A DNA stretch of 64,000 nucleotides from Atractiella rhizophila (lineage: Eukaryota), in contig MU271430.1 in assembly GCA_021432655.1 (NCBI GenBank), positions 1-64,000 of the forward strand, in the 5' to 3' direction. A model generated the notes under the pieces. The model was not told the origin of the DNA. It did not search any database and saw nothing but the letters and a program-made list of their open reading frames with translations. The position numbers were made by a program, and so were the translations under genes. This document shows, piece after piece, positions 25,027 to 37,500 of the stretch (positions are counted from its first letter, which is position 1; every line of letters starts with the position of its first letter).

Positions 25027-25809
25027 ACTTCTTGATTCCAGTCAAAATTGATGACAGGTAAGAGGAGACAGAGAAGAGACACGAACGATTAGAAAGTACG
25101 TAGATTAGGTAGATCGTTGGATTAGATAGATTTTGTCCGTTGATTGAAAAGTTTGAGAAAAGGTGTTAATGAATTTACAGATCCCTTCGAACTCCTCACA
25201 GGCGCCAAAATAGCAGCGAGCAGAACCTCTAGCTGGCAGTGTATTAGTTATGCGTGTCAGGACGTGTGACGCTGAGTCTGAAGGAGAGAAGAAGCTGGAC
25301 CGGGAAGTGTTGGTCGTTTGCTTTGCTGAGCAAGAGAGGTCGGCGCAAACAAGGTGAATTTTTCGAACCTTCCTTCCTTCGACTCTTCGACGACCAACCA
25401 CAGAAACTTAAGGACGTGTAGATTCCATACTTCTTGATTCCAGTCAAAATTGATGACAAGTGTGAGGAGACAGAGAAGAGATACGAACGATTAGGAAGTA
25501 CGTAGATTAGGTAGATCGTTGGATTAGATAGATTTTGTCCGTTGAAAAGTTTGAGAAAAGGTGTTAATGAATTTACAGATCCCTTCGAACTCCCCACAGG
25601 CGCCAAAATAGCAGCGAGCAGAACCTCTAACTGGCAGTGTATTGGTTATGCGTGTCAGGACGTGTGACGCTGAGTCTGAAGGAGAGAAGAAGCTGGACCG
25701 GGAAGTGTTGGTCGTTTGCTTTGCTGAGCAAGAGAGGTCGGCGCAAACAAGGTGAATTTTTCGAACCTTCCTTCCTTCGACTCTTCGACGACCAACCACA
25801 GAAACTTAA
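25010..25809. repeat. Tandem duplication, 2 x ~400 bp, covering the PUF gene promoter/5'UTR and first codons
   Basis: Copies 25010-25411 and 25412-25809 are near-identical, with a few substitutions and a 4-bp indel. Confidence 0.95.
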
Positions 25810-27541
25810 CTGTCGGCCTAGCTGTTACTAGTGGTCAACTGGAATATCTGGACACTCAGAATGTGGAGCCGTCTCGAGATGAGAATCCTGTGAGAATGGA
25901 AGTCGCCGTTCGAAGGAAATGGCCGGGCGAAGCGGAGGGAGGGACGCTGAGGGAAACTTCAAGCCCCAACCAAGGTCGGCCGTCCTTCGATCTTTCTGCA
26001 CTTTTGCTCCGCCGCCGGGTTGGGTTGTGTCATTCGATACTTTGAAATACGAAGCGTGGAGGTACTTATTGTGTTGTTGCAATAGTGTTGAGTCTTTCGC
26101 TTGTCTTCGAGAAGACGAACAACCATGCAGCAACGTTGAAGGAAAGTGCAATTCAACTCCCACACGGAGCCTAGAGACTTAGCTCCCTGTTATACTAGCT
26201 AGAGAGGCAGCAAGGAAGAACCCTCATTGACATCTGCCCATCTCTATAAAAGTTTCCGCTGATTGGAGCTAGAGAACTTGAAGGACAGCTTACTCCTAAT
26301 CTCCTTATTTTATCATTCGTTGGCCAAAAATCGACCTTACTTCCCTAACGTGGATGTATCAAAGGTACCATTAAGCGCAAAGTAAGATCGACTCATATGT
26401 CCAGGAGCAAAGCCAGTTAATGTCGCGTTAGTGGGTGCTTGTTATCAGGCGCTTTCCAGGGCATAGCGCACGTTTATGAAGAAATACTTGAGAAGGAATC
26501 CAACAACGTATTGCAAGGGTCCACAATAACGTAGGATTCCAGAGGGTTGTAATAAGCACGATCATTGCGAGAGGGATATGAAAATAATCGGCGCTTCTTT
26601 GCGAGCTTACTCTTTGGTTTGTGATCTGTCGGCGCGAATGAAGGCTCTCATGGATTTTAAACGTCGTTATGAGGTTACTTTTGTTCATATTGTGTTTCGG
26701 TTCGATGACCTGCAGAGCCAATCCACGTTCACTGTTCTAGCGTCCTTCGCTCGTTTTTGAGGCCTTTTGATCGTGTCCTTATCCCTCTCACTTGGGCATG
26801 CCTTGTGTAGCTTGTTCATGTGTCTGGACGGAGTACAGGAATTAGGTAATACTGAAGAAGTCACGACTGTAGGCCAGAGAAGAGGTTGCATCAATACAAC
26901 ACAAATCGTAAATAATATACCGTTGCAGCAATTTTAACAGTCGTTCTCTTTCTATGCACGACAGGATAGACAAGGAGTGTGATCCTGATGAGTTATTGTG
27001 CTGCTCCAGCTCAGGTCCCTGCGCAGCTTACATCAGAAGGCGAAAAGCTTATTCTCCCTCGCTCCTTGATGCAACGTGGATACTGAGGCTGATAAGTCGT
27101 ACTGGGAACTCTGTTTCTCGCCCTCTTGCCCACCTGATTGCCCACGAACAATATATTCGTGCTCCTCTGAGTGTGGACTTTCCGAATCGTGCTTCACCCC
27201 ATTTGGAATTGTGGTCTTGTGCATCTCTTTCAACTCAAGTGGGGATATATTAGCGCTGACTAGTGCTGACTCTTCGGCGCTCTCGCCTATCGTTGCTAAT
27301 ATAGACAATCACGCCAGGACACACGCTATCTTATCTTAGCGCAATCAAATTTCAATGCGGCATCCAGCTCGCTCAGATTGGTTGCCGCTGCGAGTGCAAT
27401 TCTTGCCACAATCATCATGATGCACGCTGACCTTCTGTAGATATAAAGCAATGTATTCACGATTGTTCCTTTCAAGCGTCAAGCTGTTCGCCATCAATCG
27501 CAAGCTTCCAAGAGTCCCAGCTACAAGACGGCAATTAAATA

Positions 27542-29396
27542 ATGTCTGGACAAGACAACACAGCGCGACCGTCGGTCGATCATGGCATTCCTGCCTCTTT
27601 CCCCTCAGACGAGAAGGTTTCTCCAACCAACACACAAGTCGGGGAAGCAGGGGAGATCGACTCTCTCCCAATTCATGCCCCACCAAGTCGGGTCCCCTTC
27701 TTCCGCTCAACAATATTTCAGATCATCGTCGTTGGAGGCGTCTTTTTCTGCGCTCCCGGGATGTACAATGCCCTCTCTTCTCTGGGCGCTGGTGGACTTG
27801 CGAGTCCGTGGTATGTCAATGCAACCAACGCAGCGGGCTATGCTTTCATGGCGGCTTTCTGCGTCTTCGGAGGCGTTATCGTGAGCTGGATTGGGGTGAG
27901 ATGGAGCCTGTTGGGGAGTAGTTTTGGTGACCTTATGTGGGTTTATCACTTCCGCAAGGAATCAATACAAGAGTCAAATTCATGAGAGGGACAGCTATGC
28001 CATCAGCTTATATATCAATTCTAAGAACGGGACGCAATGGTTCCTGCTCTTTGGCTCCATACTCTCTGGCTGTTGGTACGCGCACCATCTTAGATCTCAG
28101 TCTACGGCTCATAACAATTGTCTCAGTGATGGATTACTCTACTGCGTCGAAGGACCCGTCATCACTGCGTACCCAGAACCGGACCGCAGAGGACGCATGC
28201 TCGCTCTCTGGGTGTTTATGCGCTCTGCAGGTCCGGTCATTGGCGGCGCGATAATTTTCGGTCTCAACCATAGCGCGGATTCGACGGGAGCCGTCTCTTT
28301 GACCACCTACCTTGTCATCATTGGCATCAGTGCGGCTAGTTCCTTCCTTCATGACGATCGCGACGAGACCACTGAAACTTTTGATAGTGTGTGCTGGACC
28401 GTTCATCGCGCTCTTGATTTCCCCTCCGTCGAAGGTTGTGAGGAAAGATGGGCGGCCCATCAAATTTCGAAAGATAACACCTATGGAAGCGACCAAAGGA
28501 TGGTGGCGGTCTGTCATGTCACCCCAAGTATGTCACTCCTTTCTCCTGGATGATGGCCGAACGTAATACTAGATACTGTTGCTCTGTCCTCTTTTCTTCA
28601 CATCCTGGTTCTCCGGCTCGTATATCGGGACTCTCCAAACCCAATACTTCACAGTCCGCGCGCGGTCTCTCACCTCTCTGATCTCTCCCTTCGGTGACAT
28701 CTTGGGAGGATTGGTCATCGGATATTTCCTCGATTTCAAGAAATTGACGAGAAACCAACGTGCCAAATACTCCTTCATCTTCCTCATGGCCCTCAATCTT
28801 GGACTTTGGCTGTGGGCAGCCGTAATTACGAAACAGCTCAGAGACGATAGGCCAGAAATCGATTGGACCAGTGGGAGGTTTGGAAGGACATGGGCACTTT
28901 TCCTGCTCTTTGAGTGCGTGTCTATTCCTACGAACCGTGGAATTATCCTGAAGGATCTGGGTAACACGTAAGATTTTGTACTTTCGCAACCCAGACTGCG
29001 CTCTATTGGATTGTCGGGCATATGTCTGATGACATGAACGAACTCTCGTACATGACTGGCACTTTACGAGGCGTGGAATGTGCAGGGCAAGCGGTAGCAT
29101 ATGGGGTGAAGAGCAGTGATACGAATGATTGGGTATCCGTTGGGCTTAACGTTGGTCTGAGTGCGTCCTCATGATTGCTGACCTTGTTCGTTTTTAACCA
29201 ATGATTTTCTTGATATTGTGCAGTTGTCCTCAGCATCCCCACTGCGTGGATGGTCATCAGCAAGCTTGCAATGGTGGATCCGAACGAGAAAGGTGACGAT
29301 GCTGAAAAGGGAGAAGGGTTCGAGGATGTGAAGCAACCGGAGAGAGCTTTTACGGAAAAGAGTTTGGACGACAAAAAGGGTAGTTTTGACTACTGA
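27542..29396 (+). CDS. UNC-93-like MFS transporter (DUF895 type), multi-exon
   Basis: FFCAPGMYNALSSLGAGG, AYPEPDRRGR, VVRKDG, YFTVRARSL and many TM segments. Confidence 0.88.
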
Positions 29397-29922
29397 TGCT
29401 TGCGTGAACAGGACAGGCGAAATGTAGTCATATAAACGAATGTAGCGATTTCGGTCAGAATCTTTCAAGTGTTGATGAAATAGGAATACAGTAGGATGTA
29501 TTGGTGGGCTCTTGGAAGTCTAATTCGATCTGAAGCAACGACATGCGCCAAGGATATGCAACCGTTGCACTGAAAAGACTACCCTCGCTGTACTCATTCA
29601 TGTCCAAGCTGAACAAGTATTTTTCGTAAGACAGATTTGATACTCTCTGCAATCCAAAGTGGACGTTGCAACCTTACTGTAACGGCCTTCCCTCTCAAAC
29701 TGTACAAGGTTTGATGCATTGACATCGATGAATGGCATGCTTTTCGGTGGTCGGAAAAACATTTGAGAATTTGAACACTCATTATTTGCGTTTTAGGTGT
29801 ATGTAATTCTGGCGACATCACATCAACTTATCTCATGTCTTGGCACAGAGTTCTCCCAGTTGTGATCACAAGGCGGCGCGCTTGCTTGCGTTTGAACTGG
29901 ACGCCTGGGATCTCGAACCTTC

Positions 29923-31479
29923 ATGGCTTCGAATGACCAATTAACCCCAGCGTCTCCAGCGACTGCCTTGCGACGGCCTACTTTCGGTCACCTGCCTCCT
30001 GAGCTCGTGAGCTGCATCGTCCTACAATTATGCCAAGATGAATCGCTCTCAACCCACTATCTCCTCACCCTCAGCGTCTCACGCTACCTTCACCGTTGTC
30101 TACACCAATACGCGCTGTGCAGGCCGATTTTGGTAAACATCTTCATGGGCAGTTGGTTCATATCGCATCCGAATGCCTGCGAAAAACTCAGGTTTCTAAA
30201 AATTTGGCCACAGAATAGTCGAGAGGCACAATTATTTGGGGACCTCCTGAATTTATCGCGGAATATAAAGGCTCTCGAGATGTCATGGGATCCGAAATGG
30301 CCTCACGAATACATACTGGAGTTGCCAAAACACCTGCAGCACACGCTTATTACGCTTTCTCTGAATATGTGCCCTGGAGTTGATGGAGAGGCGACGACAC
30401 GATCTTTCGAGAAACTCTTTGAGACGCTGCAGCACTGCAAGGAACTCAAGAATTTATATATTGATTCGGAAGCCGTTGATTCCGAAGACGTGAAGCTTCC
30501 CAGGAATGGGAAACTGGAAGCTCAACTTCGCACGTTCAGTTTGAATACTTCGCCCTCGCTGTCGTTCACCAGTTATTTCTCTAATAACGTCGGCTGCCTC
30601 GTCAGTATATCTCTAACAGAAGATTCATTCGATTTCGACCCTGGGAACGAATACCTTGGAGGCGAAGAGTTACGAAATTTTGTTAACGCTTGTGCCAAAA
30701 CTCTCGAAGCGTTGGAACTTTGGGTCAGCTGCTGTACAAACCTAACAGAGATGCCACGGCTGCGCTGGCTCAAATTACGATACATCGGTCCTAAAGCCGC
30801 CGGAAACTTTCACGACATCGTCCCTGCCATCAAACGTTCAACAAAGCTGGCTTATATCGCTCTTCATATGCTAGAACCCGGAATTAATTGGAGTGATGAA
30901 AGTCCACTGCTGGGAGTCGAAAGTGCGTCTTTCGACGAGTGCAGCAAGGTCCTACAATACTTCGAGTCTTACTTCGCTCCAAATAACATTCGCTCTCTTG
31001 CCCTCACAGACGTCGACGAGACTGAAGCGAGCGAATGTATCACCCTTCTACGTCCCCATCTTCGCCGTCTTAAGATCGACTATCTCACAGCCTCCATATG
31101 CGCTGCCATTGCGACCTGCATCTATCTATTGGCCGTAGAATTTGAGTCAATGGCCCCACGATTTTTCGACGTCCTTGACTCCCACCCTGGAGAATGGGAA
31201 CTGGTGCGATACATCTTCTTGGAATGTGGTTACATCAGTGAAACAGCCTTCAAGCATTTACTTGGCGCGCAGAAGAACGGACTTTTTCCCTCTTTAAAAG
31301 GCATCTATTCGTGGCAGGAGGATTTGGAGGAATTTTGTGAGAAGATCGAAGCAAGGGACTTTGAATTTTCAAGTTGCGAAAAAAGGTATCAGCATTGGAT
31401 GAAAGAAGTGCAGTCTCGTTTGAGGTTTACGTTTACTGAACCGATGTTTGGTGCTGAGGACTTCCTTGCTGGATTTTAG
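29923..31479 (+). CDS. Intronless F-box-like/LRR-like hypothetical protein (518 aa)
   Basis: N-terminal FGHLPPELVSCIV and recurrent LxxLxL motifs. Confidence 0.65.
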   Translation: MASNDQLTPASPATALRRPTFGHLPPELVSCIVLQLCQDESLSTHYLLTLSVSRYLHRCLHQYALCRPILVNIFMGSWFISHPNACEKLRFLKIWPQNSREAQLFGDLLNLSRNIKALEMSWDPKWPHEYILELPKHLQHTLITLSLNMCPGVDGEATTRSFEKLFETLQHCKELKNLYIDSEAVDSEDVKLPRNGKLEAQLRTFSLNTSPSLSFTSYFSNNVGCLVSISLTEDSFDFDPGNEYLGGEELRNFVNACAKTLEALELWVSCCTNLTEMPRLRWLKLRYIGPKAAGNFHDIVPAIKRSTKLAYIALHMLEPGINWSDESPLLGVESASFDECSKVLQYFESYFAPNNIRSLALTDVDETEASECITLLRPHLRRLKIDYLTASICAAIATCIYLLAVEFESMAPRFFDVLDSHPGEWELVRYIFLECGYISETAFKHLLGAQKNGLFPSLKGIYSWQEDLEEFCEKIEARDFEFSSCEKRYQHWMKEVQSRLRFTFTEPMFGAEDFLAGF

Positions 31480-31602
31480 TGTATGGATCAAGTTGGAAAT
31501 TTTGGACGGAGGTGCAATTGTAACATTCAAAACTGGTCACAACAATAAAGGCAAAGTGATTGTTTGCATCTCTCCGAACGCCAAACAACTGGCAGATGTT
31601 GG

Positions 31603-34225
31603 TCACCGGAAGTTGAGCTGGCAATCAGGTTAGCAGATTGCACGGTATCAGAAAGGCACAAACCTTGATGAGAAAGAAAAGCATGTCCATCAGAACGTGT
31701 ACAGCAGTCCAAACGCAACTTGTCACAAGTTCAGGGTACTCCCGAAACTCATTCAGTCCAAGCTACCAAACTCGTTCACGTCCATCACCCTTAAATTAAT
31801 AGGACACGCACATTCGTGACATCCACCTTGAAGCTCCACCAACATAGCTGTCGAGCAATAAAACTGCTGGTCAACTCGATCGTCCAGATAACCAGCGAAG
31901 CGACGGCCGTCAACCTGTAGTTGTACGGATCGCCTTCAGTTTCGAAAGCGAAGAAGGGGTATATCTGTCGATTCGGACCGTAATGGAGGATGGTGAGCCA
32001 ACCAAGGAAAGAGAACATGGTGACATTCTCAGATAGATTCCGAAGATATAAGACTGCGAATATGTCAGCAGAGATTGTCTGAAATGTGATCAACTAACCT
32101 TGGCCCATCATTTCCCGATGTTGCTCTAACGTCTTTTCGTAACCCACGAGCAATTTGAGCGCGGCGTAGGAAAGGCTCGTCATGCTGAAGGGATAGAAGA
32201 AAATGACCCAAGCTGATGAGGCGAGCTGGATGGAAAGGTACTGCGCTTGCACTGCTCAGCATCAATCACAGCCGTTTTGAGGAACATACTTGATCAGGGG
32301 AACGCAAGCGCGCGAACAAATTACGGTAAAAGATAAAGTAGACACTACTTTTCGTTTAGTACGATCAATGGCAAATTGCCGACTCACAGAAAGTAGTAAT
32401 ACTGGACAGGAAGGTGAGCAAAACCAGCAGAAATGAAGTGGACCACGTACACGAAATACGAAGACAAGTGCGCGACTCCGAATCTTTTCCTCCATCACCC
32501 ATCCGCTGATCCCGCTTAAAACTTGAACAGTTCCTACCCAGCTCCAAACATACACAAGACCATCCAAACTGGAGTGCGGCAACGTTGAGAGGTATATTGC
32601 TGCGTAGCCCTGACCGGCAAGTAAAGAAAAGAGGGCGAGCGAGATCGAAAACAAGAACCACAAGAAGCGAATATAACTTCGAGGTATCCGTCTCGTTAGC
32701 TGTAAGCTCAAGAACCTTGGGAAATTCATGTAAGCTTTAAGACTAGAGAATGGCAGAAAGCCTACGATTTTTGCACCTCTGTCAGGGAGTGTCTGTAATT
32801 CTGCCGTCGGCCTCTCCTCAACTTGGCAAAGCACGTCAATGCTGGACCCATCATCACACAAAACGTAAGGGCGACCCAGAGCGTTTTGCGCTCCCAATCT
32901 ACATCCGTCTGATCCGATCCATGTTTGTGATGTCGCCGTCGTATGCGGAAGACGTCGAACTGATGCAGAAGGAGTCCAACGAGAATGCCGGTGAACCAAT
33001 AAACAGAGAAGGAAAGCTTTCCGCCCAGTCGTGATGGCCACCAATTTAGGCGGTAGAGGTCGAAAAGTTTGGTGACAAAGATAAGAGCCACTGCGAGATA
33101 TAGGCCGTAGTAGACGACTTCAAAAACTTGTTTAGCCTAGACGGTAGGAACTTTGGAAACTCACAGAGAAAGAAGTAAAAATTAGCATCCACGGGGAGAT
33201 CCTCGTCATTACCATCATCGTCCACTCGTTGATTAGGCTCCACCAGGAAGGAGGCGGAGGTATTAATGTTACTACTATCTTGAAGTCCAAAATCTATGAA
33301 AACGACTTGCTGCTGATCTTGATCTTGATGATACAACTCGGAACGTTGAATGTAATGAATGAGGGAGTCTTCTGCTTCTCCAACGTTATCGTGTCGATGC
33401 TTTGGTGCTCCGCCCCACCAACTTGAGTTCCCGCCTGGCCATGGCCATGGGAGATCGGGTATCGAAGGTGTTGCCGAGTAGGGATCGGAAACTGGAAATG
33501 GGATTGCGCACCAGATCCAGACCTGCAGAGTGTCGTTAGATTACTTCGACTGTGACGGGGTCAGCAGGCAACGTTTTAAGTTGTTGCTTGTGAAATAGTG
33601 CACCGCAGGGAACGCAAACGGGTTAGACACTTCTTCACTTTGATTAGTAAAGGAGATAATTCACACTTCAAAGGAGGCGGATATGCTGAACGATTAATCC
33701 CGTCAAGGGTAATGATTTGGACGAGCACCATAGATGCTCTTTCGAAGCTAGGACAAACTGATCTTGTGAAGACCTGACGACGATAGTGATGTAGTGCGGC
33801 ATTGAGGAAATTATGTACAGACGACAGACCAAACATAGAGAGGCTTTGGGGACCAGCTCAGGCAACAGTGGCAGCGTTTGTCTGGTGATTATCCTATGCA
33901 TAGAAAAGGTTTGTTTGCTTTTGATTGCAAAGCAGTGAATGATTTTCGTGGGACGGTAAACCACAATCGCTCCGCCTTCATCTTCCCAAAGGCTTCGTAA
34001 ATAGGCGAATGCACGACTCACCAATAAACTAGGTGCGCCAACAAGCACGCTCCACCGCCTGACCCAACTATCCAGCCACCTCTCCACCAGCTCCTTGCTT
34101 GGTCTCAGCCCTAGCACAAGCCATCCGGTCTCTGTGTTTCCCTCTTCCTCCGCCTGCTGCCGGTTGGGAGGAGTTCGAGGGGGGGAGCGTAGCCTTGCCC
34201 GTGGATTTGGCGGATCTGCATGCAT
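31603..34225 (-). CDS. Conserved fungal multi-pass membrane protein of unknown function, multi-exon
   Basis: Spliceable exons: WVRRWSVLVGAPSLL|VWIWCAIPFP, DANFYFFL, LNWWP, GQGYAAIYLSTLPH, HYGPNRQIYPFF, ending FFLIK|LNFR*. Confidence 0.8.
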
Positions 34226-34590
34226 TCCAATGAGATGAGCGTAACTGAGGTATCAAGGAAGTCACTTGCCATCCCATCCTGCGCCGTCTGAGTGTGTTGC
34301 GCCGCGCTGGAGGGGCTGGAACATTGTTTATGGACTGCACATTGACATTGACTGAACAGCTGAAAGAATGGACAAGCGCAGTAAAGTCAATCTGGGAACA
34401 ATCTAAGCCCCTCAGCATGGCGAGAGATGAGGGGCCCGTGGCGAAACGACAAAAACGACGATTAGTAAAGAATCTTTCATCTTCCCTCTTGCGCCAATTC
34501 GTCCACTTTGAGACTCCCTCAGCTTTTCTTCCCGCATCTCTTCCCGCATTGGGGGAGGAACTTCCAAAAAACTGTTACACAATTGAAGGA

Positions 34591-37500
34591 ATGATGGATT
34601 ACGACGACCTACCCTCCTCATCTGCAGTGCGCGGAGACGACCCAACATACTCTGACGAGGTTGGCGCGTCCATGCAGCCTCTAGACTCGCATGACCACCC
34701 GGATGCTGGGTTGACCTTAAGTGGGATTTCAGGTATGGAAGGCATTGAAGAAGCCGGGGAAGAAGAAGAGGAAGAGGAAGGAGAGGATGCTATGAAGGAC
34801 AGCAGTGAAGAGGAAGAGGAGGACGAGGAAGCTGAAGAAGAGGTGCGAAGGGGATTCATTGTCGATTCGGATGATGAGGAGGAACGAAGGAGGCGGAAGA
34901 GGAGAAAGAAGAAGCATAGAAANNNNNNNNNNNNNNNNNNNNNNNNNNNNNNNNNNNNNNNNNNNNNNNNNNNNNNNNNNNNNNNNNNNNNNNNNNNNNN
35001 NNNNNNNNNNNNNNNNNNNNNNNNNNNNNNNNNNNNNNNNNNNNNNNNNNNNNNNNNNNNNNNNNNNNNNNNNNNNNNNNNNNNNNNNNNNNNNNNNNNN
35101 NNNNNNNNNNNNNNNNNNNNNNNNNNNNNNNNNNNNNNNNNNNNNNNNNNNNNNNNNNNNNNNNNNNNNNNNNNNNNNNNNNNNNNNNNNNNNNNNNNNN
35201 NNNNNNNNNNNNNNNNNNNNNNNNNNNNNNNNNNNNNNNNNNNNNNNNNNNNNNNNNNNNNNNNNNNNNNNNNNNNNNNNNNNNNNNNNNNNNNNNNNNN
35301 NNNNNNNNNNNNNNNNNNNNNNNNNNNNNNNNNNNNNNNNNNNNNNNNNNNNNNNNNNNNNNNNNNNNNNNNNNNNNNNNNNNNNNNNNNNNNNNNNNNN
35401 NNNNNNNNNNNNNNNNNNNNNNNNNNNNNNNNNNNNNNNNNNNNNNNNNNNNNNNNNNNNNNNNNNNNNNNNNNNNNNNNNNNNNNNNNNNNNNNNNNNN
35501 NNNNNNNNNNNNNNNNNNNNNNNNNNNNNNNNNNNNNTCCGAGGTTCCCATTCTTTATGCTCCTGCTGTTTGTAAGACGTTCCTCTGTCGTGTGAACAAC
35601 GGCTGCTTGAGAAGGAGAAGGAGGGAGTCGGTTAAGGAGCAGGTTCAATGCGGTTGACCCTTTTCCACGAAGACATAGCGGAGGAGCTACTAAAGAAGAG
35701 AGTTCCTCAAGGTCCGAAGCCTCTGGGAACAGACGCAGAAGCTTTCCATACGTAGGAAGCATGCTGAAGATTTGAGCAATTGGCGCGCCCTGAGCTGCAA
35801 CTACAGTTAGCACTGCTCCGGCAGCTTAAGCCGACGTTCCTACAACTCCTTGACTACCGAAACTGTCTCCTCCACTTGTCCGAACCGAAAGTCCATGAAC
35901 TTGAGGACGTTGTAAGTAAACTAGTAATCGTGCGTACTTTTAACCGCTCCTTCTTACGCTTGCATCATCCCTACGTATAGTAGCTAGAATGAGTAGGGAA
36001 AGAGGCAGCCAAACTGTCACTGGCAAGGCAAGAGGTACTTGTAGGAGGAGTGTCGCGCAGACTCAACTCCCAGCACAGGTTACAGCCACCGTCGCTGGTA
36101 GAAACGCGGATGTATCAAGAAGACTTGTTGAAGGGTTCATAATGTTTCTAGTTCCTGTCTGGCAGTTCTTATACTAGGAGGGAGCAGGTGAGGCTTAAAC
36201 GCGCATGCTTGGATCTGCGCATAAGGTCTCCGTAAACCAGCTTCAGACCCTGCAATCGTAGCAAGCTTGGAGCTAACTGCTTTCGCAAACGTTCCAGACT
36301 TCCTCCTTCAGGATACCAGATGTACGGCGTAAGTTCAGTCGTTACTTAGAACTATCACATTTCCTTGTTTGGACAGGCTTAAGCTTCTGCCGCGAGAAGG
36401 ATCAGGAAAGTATGGTACAGAGAGACTGTCCAAAGAACTTGGGGGTGGACGAAGAAAGAGAGAGAGGAGCAGAAGAAGTAGGGAGCCGAGATCGGGTATA
36501 AGGGAGAAGTAGGAGTCAAGGAGGTAAAGGAGGAACATGAAGGTCGAGTAGGTAAGCGAGTTTAGTAAGTGGAGGAGGTGGCAGAGATATAGAGCGGTAT
36601 AGACCAGTTTCATGCCTAGGCAGAGGGGGGCAACCCTGCCATTCTACGAGTCCTTAGGCGCTGGCTAGCTAGAGGAGGAGGTATTAGAGCATGAGGGGGT
36701 GAAGAACGGAGAAAAGCTCGAACTCGTAGAGGTCTCGCAGAAGCTCAAAGAAGCCGGAGCTGAGGAAGGGAGACGGACTCGTTGAAAGGGTTGCAGAAGA
36801 AGTGTGGTACGAAGGAAAGGTTGTACCGGGATTTGGATCGTGACTCCCGTAAGCGGCAGGTCTCAAGGTAGACCAGTTACTTCTTACAAACTGGAAGCTC
36901 GCGGAAGAGTTAGAACAGGCAGAGGTATAGATAACTACGGAGTAGGAATACGAGAGAGTGGAGGCGGTGGGATAGGGAGGAGTAAGCTTTGAACACGAGG
37001 AGGTGGAATAAGGATAGGAAGGGATACGCCCTGCTCTATCAGAAAGGCTACGCAGGTGTGCTTTCCCTGGAGGGTTTTAAGCGCTACCTTCTTGAGCTGT
37101 GTGAAGAACTCTGTAAGGGATATAAGAGAGAGCTTTTGCCCCAGAGAAAGGGAGAGACAGCCGGGCGTGTTTAAGGACCAAACAAGCTCCCCTCTATGCG
37201 CCACGGTAGGTCAACTGTGTGGCAAGTTAGAGGAGAAGCAGTAGGGTACCGAACTCCTCTGACCGTTCTTCTGCTACCCTCTCCCACCTCCGCTCCCTCC
37301 TCTTCCGCTCAACGTAAGCAAGGCCCTGCAGCTTTCTGGCCTACATAAGCAGGAGCAGGCAATCATCTGCTCTCCGCTAAACCCTTCCGAGCTTCTACAG
37401 GAAATTCTGGCTCTCCAACCCACCTCCTGTCGCGACCGAGTAGTAGAGGAAGATCCCGGGTTCGTATCAGCAGTGGGCAAGGCAAATTGACATTGTGTGC

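Noticed and set aside
34294..35813. Long ORFs spanning X runs
   Set aside because: Artefacts of translating through the N gap.
35780..37480. Short ORFs, or a transposon insertion, inside SPT6
   Set aside because: Explained by the reversed SPT6 block; no TIR, LTR or transposase motif.
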